Shown here piece by piece: positions 55,961 through 64,000 of a stretch of DNA of 64,000 nucleotides. Each line of letters opens with the position of its first letter. Positions within the stretch are counted from its first letter, which is position 1. A program made the translations under genes and the position numbers. The notes under the pieces were generated by a model. It was given only the letters and a program-made list of their open reading frames with translations, was not told the DNA's origin and searched no databases. Origin of the DNA: Blastocladiella emersonii ATCC 22665 (Eukaryota; Fungi; Blastocladiomycota). The stretch is taken from contig JANHCV010000013.1 in NCBI GenBank assembly GCA_025594325.1, positions 620,001-684,000 of the forward strand, written 5' to 3'.

Positions 55961-56989
55961 CGCAACTGCGTGTCCGCGTCATAGTGCAAAAAACAAGGCG
56001 CGACATAGCACGAAACAATTTTATCATCTTTACGAGTGCAACCGTCTCTAAGGCAGGCGCGTCGGTTACCCGCACGTGACGGTTGGGGCTTGCCACAACG
56101 ATCGCCGCATGAACCCCGGAGTCTAGTTCTCTTCTCCACAACCCTTCCCATGGTCCGTTGATGTAGCCACTCGATGCAACGTTATGTTTGAGATGTAAAC
56201 TGGGCTTCTATGCAGCCCCATGCGGTCATTTGCACAACTTGCATACCGTGAACGACTCGGAGTGCAAGCTGTGCTTCCGAAATCGGTGCACTTGCCTCGT
56301 TGTTTGACTCGAATCGGGCCTTGATCAATTCGCAGTGCATGCTACTGCTCGGCTCAGTCGATGATGCCGAGCGGGGAGCTTCGCGGCATTGGGGAGCGAA
56401 CGACACCCACCCGCAACTCCAACTCGCAAACGACTTGACTCCTTCCACCGATGTCTAGATAAAGAGCGGATTGGCTTCAGCACTATGCGCAGTGCGTTGA
56501 TGCTGCTCGGGACTCAAGAGCGCACGATTCACAGCGTCGGAAGCGATTTGGACATGCTGTCGGCCAGAGTACTCGCTGAGATGACGCGTAGAAGCGTCCT
56601 TGGCTGCACAATGAGCGCGTGATGCCCTCGTTATCCGTGATCAGCAGCTCGAGCTACCGTCTCGAGTTACACGGCTTGCCCTCATCTCCAGTGCTTAGAT
56701 TTTGTTCGTCCGTTGACTCGCACTGCCGCTCGCATGGGCGTTAGCTCCAAGCTCGCTGGGACTACGTTTTCGGGCACCAGCTCATCGTAAGCGGCTTTTC
56801 GAACAGCGCCCGCGATACATTCCGTGGCTGCCGCCATTGCAGTGGGCGACTCATGCTCTCACTCCGCCAGCTCCAACCTAAGAAGCATCCTTGCCCTCCA
56901 CCCGACCAAACACACTATCTCGCTGCTGCTTAGATCGCCATCTCAAAATCACCATCGAGCCGCTGGATCTCTGTACGCTGTTCGGACCG

Positions 56990-57330
56990 CCGCACAAACT
57001 CGATTCTCGGCCGCTTGCGACCATTACACTCGATTCGCCGACCCGCTCGCGTCGCGTTGCTGGGCCGTACCCGCGCGGGCGCCGTGAAAAGACCGCGCCG
57101 CCCGCGCGGGTGCGGCCCTCTGTACTCTTTGTCGCAGCGCGGTGACGGGTGGTTGGGCGCTTTCGCGTTGGAAGCGAGAGAGGCGGCGCGAGTCAGATGG
57201 CGTTGCGGAGCATGTGAAGGGGCCTCGCTGGAATAGAGCTTGCTTGGTTGCACTGCCATTGTTGGTTCATCGGCTGAGAGGTACAGATTCCGCAGAACGA
57301 GCAGAAGATCAGATCGCTGCGGGAAGCCGA
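56990..57330 (+). mobile_element. Foldback repeat copy 3 (hairpin 57062-57118)
   Basis: GGGCCGTACCCGCGCGGGCG-CCGTGAAAAGACCGCGC-CGCCCGCGCGGGTGCGGCCC. Flanks are colinear with copy 4 (cactcgattcgccgacccgctcg). Confidence 0.75.
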
Positions 57331-58364
57331 CTAGACTACTCTTGATCAACAGATCGCGCGAGCAGCAAGGGCTCGCTCAGTCCAGCGTTCGATCGACGAG
57401 CGACGAGCGGGGCAGACGTAGAAGCAATCAGGCCAGGGAAGCAGTCAACTTCAACCTCGATTGATTGCCAAGGAACTTGCCGAGTCGCCGCGGCGCGCGT
57501 GCGTTGAGTCGCGTCGTTCACTCGCACGTGATGCGCCAGCTGCGGATCGTTCATCGCCGGCTGAGCCCTACGGCCTTGCCCTCCTTTTCCTTGTCCACTC
57601 GATCGTCGGCCGATGCAGTCACTAGATGCAATGTAGCCGGTGAGCATGGAATATGAGCCTGTTCGAATTCCCGGGCTGAAGTGCACAAGCTGGCAGCTGA
57701 CGGCCGTTGCTGCTGCAGGACGCGACTCTGAACAATGGTGCGTTCAACTCACACCGCGTTCGACCACCAGCAGTCCATCTATGTCGCTGGGTGCGCTTGG
57801 CGGCTCTCTCCAGCGTGGTATGATGATGGCGGGAACGTTGCGTCACCCGCGCGGGTGAGGAGTCTGACTCTTACCCATCTAAAGCTGCGCGTCGCGGCAG
57901 TGCACTAATGCCTTCTCCCGTTCGTCCGAACTCCAGAGCCCAGACCGTTTGGCATTGTAAGCGCGGACGGCGCCTCGACTTTTCACGCGCGCAGGGATTA
58001 TGATCTGCGAGTTCAGCGGATCCAGCCAAGTTCCACCATTCCCGAGTAGCAGCTCGAGGCAGCTTCTCCCGCACGTCGCGCTTACCCGCCTTGTCGGTCT
58101 TCGCTCGCGAACTGGCTCAGTCGAGACGCCTCATACACTTCATCCGCGTGAAGCAGCTGAACGATGCGGCCACTCGATTTCGTCGCTCTGCTATATCCCG
58201 CGGCTGCCGCTCCTGCGGGTAGCAGATCTTTCTCTCGCTGTTGATGAACTTGCCCAGGCAATCTCTTCCGAGTCAAGGGCGTCAAACGCAATACCATGAC
58301 GCTGCCCATCGTGCCAATTCGCACTCTACAATCGGCCCGCGGGATCTCATATTCGCTACTTGAA

Positions 58365-58700
58365 CCGCCGCAAGCACTCGATTCTCGACCCCATGCTGTC
58401 AACACACTCGATTCGCCGACCCGCTCGGGCTGCGCTTCTGGGCCGCACCCGCGCGAGTGCCGTGAAAAGACCGCGCCGCCCGCGCAGATGCGGCCCTATG
58501 AACATTGTGTCGCAGTGTGGCGACGGGCGATCGTGTGGGATGCGAGGTCCAAGGGAGCGAGATGGCGTGGGCGGGCTGCGGCACTGGGGTGCGTTGCGGG
58601 GTGTTATTGGATACAATTTGCTCAAGCGCGTTGTGAGCGGTGGTCCGTACACAGCGAGGCGTGCAGTTTACGGAGACGGAGGGAGATCAGGATCGCCGCG
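58365..58700 (+). mobile_element. Foldback repeat copy 4 (hairpin 58440-58496, more decayed stem)
   Basis: GGGCCGCACCCGCGCGAGTG-CCGTGAAAAGACCGCGC-CGCCCGCGCAGATGCGGCCC. Confidence 0.75.
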
Positions 58701-59118
58701 TGGCACTGAATGCACAGGATCGGCGCACCGCGCGAGCTGCGACAGTCCGACGTCCTGTCGTCATACAAAGCGTCGAAGCGAGCAACACATGGACGGCGGA
58801 GACGATAGTAGCAAGAAGGAGACGGGCGTGCAAGATCGGGAGCAAGAGTTGGGCGCCACTCGACGGCAGGGCCGGGGTTGCTGCCGCTCAGCGACGTTTC
58901 GCAACAAACCACGCCAAAGTAGCAATAATGTCTCCCAATTCATGTTGCATCTAGTCTCCCATGACACATGGTCGAATTCATTGCAGGAGGGGAGAGGGAA
59001 GCTAAGGCAACGGAGGTCAGCTGACGCCTCGCGATGGCCGTTTCCGCCCGCTTCGCCCACGCGTCGCTCTCTTCTCTCTGCTCTCCCCCTCCCTCCCTTG
59101 ATCGGGTCGATCGACACC

Positions 59119-62100
59119 ATGAACCCCATGTACCACCACCACACCCCGCGGCGCCGCCCGCGCGCGGCCCTGCACCTTCCCCTCGCGCTGGCCCTCGCCG
59201 CCGTCACGGCGTGCACCCTTCTCCTCCTCGCCATCGCCACCCCGGCCGCCGCCGTCAAGCGCGAGGACTTCAAGACGTGCGCGCAGTCGGCCTTCTGCCG
59301 GCGCCACCGCGCGTGGCCCGCCGTTGTCCCGTCGCTGCCGTCCGCGTGGACCGCGACGCCCTCCCCCAACCCCGCCAAGGACGCGTGGCGCGCGTCCCTC
59401 GTCGCGCCCAACACGCCGAGCCCGCTGACGCTCGAGGTCACGTCGCTCGGCAACGCGGCGGTCCGCGTGCGCGTCGTCGACCCAGCGGACCCGCGTCCGC
59501 GCGTGTTCAGCGCGGCGGAGGTCGCGCTCGTGGCGCGCACGGGCGACGGCGAGGTGACGGTGGTCCGCGAGGATAAGACGGGCGCGACGCTTCGCGTGGG
59601 TAAGGCCGAGGTCCGCGTCACGTACACCCCGCTGCGCGTCGCGCTCGTCACGGGCGGCGTCGAGCAGGTCGTCGTCAATGACCGGAACTGGCTCCGTGTC
59701 GAGACGGGCGCGGTCGCGGATCTCGATGCGCTGGTCGCGGGGGTCGAGGATGAGGAGAAGGCCAAGGCGTGGCGCGCGGCCGAGGAGGACGGCGTTGGCA
59801 AGGAGGGGTTCAAGGAGCATACGGATTCCAAGCCCTATGGTACGCGTTTCCCGATCCATCTCACGCACGACTCGCACTCACCACGCCCGCAACTAGGCGC
59901 CCGCTCCGTCGGCTTCGACCTGACCTTCCCCGCGACCGCGCACGCGTACGGACTCGCCGAGCACGCCACCGACTTCAACCTGCCGTCGACGCGCGGCGCG
60001 GACGCAAAGTACGCCGAGCCGTACCGCCTGTACAACCTGGACGTGTTCGAGTTCGAGCTCGACTCGCCCATGGCCCTGTACGGCGCGGTCCCGTTTCTCC
60101 TGACGCAGGGCGACCGCGGCGCCGCCGGCGCCCTGGTCCTGAGCGCCTCCGAGATGTGGGTTGACGTCGAGCGCACTTCTTCGTCGGACCTCCTTGCGCA
60201 CTGGATGGTCGAGTCCGCTCCCCTCGACCTCGTCCTGCTCGCGGGCCCAACCGCCGCCGACGTGCACGCGCAGTACATGCGGCTGACCGGGTTCCCGACG
60301 CTCCCGCCGCTGTTTGGGGTGGCGTACCACCAGTGCCGCTGGAACTACAACGACGAGGCCGACGTGCGCGACGTCGACGCCGGGTTCGACACGCACGATA
60401 TCCCGTACGACGTGCTGTGGCTCGACATCGAGCACACGGACGGCAAGCGCTACTTCACGTGGGACGCCCTCAAGTTCCCGAACCCGGCCAAGATGATCGA
60501 CGGCGTCGCCGCCAAGGGCCGCAAGATGGTCACCATCGTCGACCCGCATATCAAAAAGGACGACCAGTACTACGTCTCGGCCGAGGCGACCGCCAAGGAC
60601 CTGCTCGTCAAGTCGCCGCCGCCCAAGGACAACGCGGCGCCTGCGCCGTTCGGCGGATGGTGCTGGCCCGGCGACTCGAACTGGATCGACTTCCTGAACC
60701 CGGCCGCGCGCGACTGGTGGGCGTCGCTGTTCTCCCCCGCCAAGTACGCGGGCTCGACGCGCAACCTGTTCACGTGGAACGACATGAACGAGCCGTCCGT
60801 GTTCACGGGCCCCGAGATCACCATGCCCAAGGACGCACTGCACGTCGGCGGGCTCGAGCACCGCGACGTCCACAACGTGTACGGCATGCAGCAGCACCGC
60901 GCGACGCACGCCGGCCACCTCGCGCGGACTTCGGGCAGTCTTGACGCCATCGACCGCCCGTTCGTCCTGTCGCGCGCCTTCTTCGCGGGGACCCAGCGGT
61001 ACGGCGCGATCTGGACCGGCGACAATTTCGCGCGGTGGGACCACCTCGCCTCCTCCACGCCCATGCTTTTGGGGTTAGCCGCCTCGGGCATCGTGTTCGC
61101 GGGCGCCGACGTCGGCGGGTTCTTCGGGAACCCGGACCCGGAACTCCTGGTGCGCTGGTACCAGCTCGGCGCGATGCAGCCCTTCTTCCGCGCGCACGCG
61201 CACATCGACACCAAGCGCCGCGAGCCGTGGCTGTTTGACGACGCCACGCGCGACCTGATCCGCGCCGCGGTCCGCAGACGGTACCGCTGGATGCCCACCG
61301 TGTACACGGCCTTCTTCGACGCGTGGCGCACCGGGTCTACGGTCAATACCCCGCTCGTGTTCGCGTTCCCCGACGACCGCAACACGTGGGCGAGCCAGGA
61401 CGCGTTCCTCCTCGGTACCTCGATCCTCGTCGCGCCCGCTACGCAGCCCGGGCAGCGCGAGGTCACCACGTACCTCCCCGCGGGCACCGCCGGCGCGGGC
61501 TGGTACGACATGGCCTCGTCGCCCGCGGGCTGGCGATACCTCCGCGGCGCCCAGTCCGTCACCGTCGCCGCGCCCCTCGACACGCTCCCGCTCTTCGCGC
61601 GCGCCGGGTCTGTCCTCGTCGCCCGCGAACGCGTCCGCCGCGCCTCCGCCGCCGGGCTCACGGACCCCCTGACGCTGTACATCGCCCTTGACAAGGCGGG
61701 CCGCGCCGCAGGGCACTTCGTCGTCGACGACGGCCAGACGTACGGTGTTCTCGCGGGCGCCGCCGTTGAGGTCCGCGTGACGTTCGCGGACGGCACACTT
61801 CGCGCATCGCTCAGCGTCCCCACCGGCATCGTCCCCGCGCGCCCCGCGGTCGGGGATGAGCGGCTCGTGTCGCAGCGGCGCGAGATCAAGACGGACGACG
61901 GCGTGCGCGGCAAGTTCATGCACCGGTTCGGCGGCGTGCGCGTCGAGCGCGTCGTGGTGGTCGCGCCGAGCGCGGAGGTGGTGAGTCTTGCGGTGCCGGG
62001 CCAGGTCCGTGTTGGGGGTAAGGGGGTGGCGGAGGTTACGGTCCGTGATGAGGGGCGGTGGATCGAGGTCAAGGAGCCTGGGTTCCGCCTGGGCGATGAG

Positions 62101-62121
62101 GGGTGGGAGATGCAGCTGTGA
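59119..62121 (+). CDS. ROT2: Glucosidase II alpha subunit (GH31), ~981 aa (in-frame intron 59840-59896)
   Basis: Signal peptide then AVKREDFKTCAQSAFCRR, EPYRLYNLDVFE, YHQCRWNY, WLDIEHTDGKRYFTWD, catalytic WNDMNEPSVF and WTGDN, FFRAHAHIDTKRREPW. The start is MNPM at 59119; the ORF-track extension to 58360 is read-through of repeat DNA. Confidence 0.95.
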   Translation: MNPMYHHHTPRRRPRAALHLPLALALAAVTACTLLLLAIATPAAAVKREDFKTCAQSAFCRRHRAWPAVVPSLPSAWTATPSPNPAKDAWRASLVAPNTPSPLTLEVTSLGNAAVRVRVVDPADPRPRVFSAAEVALVARTGDGEVTVVREDKTGATLRVGKAEVRVTYTPLRVALVTGGVEQVVVNDRNWLRVETGAVADLDALVAGVEDEEKAKAWRAAEEDGVGKEGFKEHTDSKPYGTRFPIHLTHDSHSPRPQLGARSVGFDLTFPATAHAYGLAEHATDFNLPSTRGADAKYAEPYRLYNLDVFEFELDSPMALYGAVPFLLTQGDRGAAGALVLSASEMWVDVERTSSSDLLAHWMVESAPLDLVLLAGPTAADVHAQYMRLTGFPTLPPLFGVAYHQCRWNYNDEADVRDVDAGFDTHDIPYDVLWLDIEHTDGKRYFTWDALKFPNPAKMIDGVAAKGRKMVTIVDPHIKKDDQYYVSAEATAKDLLVKSPPPKDNAAPAPFGGWCWPGDSNWIDFLNPAARDWWASLFSPAKYAGSTRNLFTWNDMNEPSVFTGPEITMPKDALHVGGLEHRDVHNVYGMQQHRATHAGHLARTSGSLDAIDRPFVLSRAFFAGTQRYGAIWTGDNFARWDHLASSTPMLLGLAASGIVFAGADVGGFFGNPDPELLVRWYQLGAMQPFFRAHAHIDTKRREPWLFDDATRDLIRAAVRRRYRWMPTVYTAFFDAWRTGSTVNTPLVFAFPDDRNTWASQDAFLLGTSILVAPATQPGQREVTTYLPAGTAGAGWYDMASSPAGWRYLRGAQSVTVAAPLDTLPLFARAGSVLVARERVRRASAAGLTDPLTLYIALDKAGRAAGHFVVDDGQTYGVLAGAAVEVRVTFADGTLRASLSVPTGIVPARPAVGDERLVSQRREIKTDDGVRGKFMHRFGGVRVERVVVVAPSAEVVSLAVPGQVRVGGKGVAEVTVRDEGRWIEVKEPGFRLGDEGWEMQL

Positions 62122-64000
62122 TGGGACGGCGAGAGTTGGGGTCAAGAGATTGGTTTTGCAACTATCGCGGGTGTAGCGGAGAAGTTGTTCGTTGGCAGGT
62201 GGTGGCGCAGGATCCGCGACAGCGGCGACCAGCCGCGCAGCTCGCTTGCTGGCTGAAGTCGCGAGCGAGAGAGAGCCACGGTCGTCGATGCGTCGCGAGC
62301 GCGAGCGCGAAAGGCATCCGCGGGTGGAACTGCAGCGTGACGTGCTCGCTTCTGAACGCGGGCCTCGACTTTAGACTCCTCGCGGGTCGGGCGGCGCGTG
62401 CAGAGCGGATCTCACGGCAGGGAGAAGGAGCGAGCTATCCGCGCGGCGGCCACGCGCGACGCCGCGCTGCCTGCGCGATGTGCATCCCATGAGCGCCGCC
62501 GAGCGAGGTTGAGGGGATCAAGGAGGCCGACGGCCAGCGAACTCTCTCACGACATCGGTGCTCATGGCCAGTGAGTGCCTCGCCCTTGGACGGCGAGCAC
62601 TCGCAGAGCCAGAAGCAGGTCGAGAACTCGCTGACGGCCAAGCCCGACTGACCTGCACGAGTTCTTGCTTGCCCACCATCTCGGCAAACCGAGGCGGCGA
62701 AGCCGGATAGGCTGCAAGGCCGCTCGGCATCGCGCTGATCGCACCACCACGATATGAGGCGCTCAATGGACGCGGGCGAGCGCCGCAATCCAGTCGTTGG
62801 CGATCGTCGGCCGCCGTCTCGCACACGGCCAACCAGCGAGCGAACGATGGTAGGAGACAAACGCCAGCATGGAAGCCAGTCGAACAAGGCACGCATTTGA
62901 CATCAAGCGCGATGATCATCGCATCGCGAGCGCGATGATCGCGAGTGCGGGCTGCCCTCTCTCACGCAGCACCCGGACATCGGAATCGGGGATCAGAAGT
63001 AGACCGCGCAGATCGCCGGTCGCCGAACACATGGCAGGGCAGGGACCAAGGCGCGTGGGCGTCCGATCGATGGCGGCGGAAGGGGAGACGCGCGACAGGG
63101 TTGGAGACGCGTCGCGATTTTTTGTCTCTCACCGCGGTCACGCGCAAGTCACGCGTTTCGCGACGCGTCGCGCTTGCTCGCTCGCGGCGGGCGGGTTTTC
63201 AGTCTCCCTCCGCCCCCCGCCCCTCCCCTCGCCGCCCTTCGCGCCGCATCGCATCCCGAGTTTCCGCATAGCACGTAGCGCTGGGAGAAGCCTTGGCACC
63301 CCGCATCGCATCGCACACACGCGCGTCACGGACGTCGCACCTCGCTCGCTCGCCACACCCGCACCGCCTCGATCCTCCCCACCGTCTTGCACGCCCGCGC
63401 GCTCCTTGTCCCCCAGCCACTGCGCATACTACGATAGACGGAGCGACCGCGCGCACGCGACACCGACGACGCGTTCCTCCTCGCAGTACGAATCACCGCC
63501 GCTGCACCCGTTCGCCCCCCTTCCTCCTCGACGCACTCCACGCATACCCTACCCGCGCGCGCGCACCAGCCTGCTGCACCCAACGTCCCCGCCCAACTAC
63601 GGATCCGATCGCCTGGTCGCTGCCCTGCCCTGCCCTGCCCGCCGCCGCTGGTCCGTCTCGCACCCGTCCGCGTCCCTGCATACTCGCGCGCTCGCGCACC
63701 ACCGCCACCGCCTCGACTCGTGGGCGTGTGATTTGATTCCGTCCGTGGCCCCGATCGCGCGCGCGCGTCCACACTTCTTGGACCCTGCCACGCCATCCCC
63801 TTCCTCGCTCTCTCCTCTCGCTTGTGTGTGTGTCGGCCCCGCTCGCCTTGGACTAACCCCATCGGACCTCGCGTATCCAGGCACACGCGCACTTACCCCT
63901 TCCTTCCACACCTGATCCACACCTCCGCTTTCGCTCATCGATCCGCGAGCCGTGATCACCCACCAGCACCGCCTCCTCAACCACCTGCAACATGTCGTCG

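Noticed and set aside
58360-59118. 253-aa N-terminal extension of glucosidase II
   Set aside because: It overlaps foldback copy 4 and promoter-like DNA. The signal peptide starts after the ATG at 59119.

Overview
GC-rich eukaryotic DNA with short GT-AG introns. The gene set (fungal-type V-ATPase c', Apd1, Opy2-N domain, 'WW.SGL' ankyrin-like repeats) suggests an early-diverging fungus, possibly Blastocladiomycota (inference). Conserved genes are EFL1/RIA1 (partial), APD1, a PI-PLC-like protein, Yippee/MOH1, a bHLH-ZIP factor, V-ATPase c' and glucosidase II alpha. They are interleaved with two accessory tracts. Tract 1 (~5.6-40.6 kb) holds nine copies of an unrecognised ~730-830 aa F-box-like helical protein family (FBL1-9: 3 intact, 6 pseudogenes or remnants). 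These share a phase-1 intron and a CxxC...CC motif, and six of the nine retain a fixed-spacing upstream motif, ACGCGWCG-N5-TCATGTG. Tract 1 also has a C2H2 zinc-finger gene, a DUF4470 gene, an ankyrin-like/LRR pseudogene and a LINE fragment. Tract 2 (~49.6-58.9 kb) holds a decayed Ty3/Gypsy integrase-chromodomain and several copies of an unclassified repeat. That repeat is a ~1.2 kb degenerate palindrome whose best-conserved part is its centre: a 20-bp stem with a 17-nt loop, invariant GTGAAAA and compensatory base changes. No tools were available, so alignments, splice models and domain calls were made by eye.
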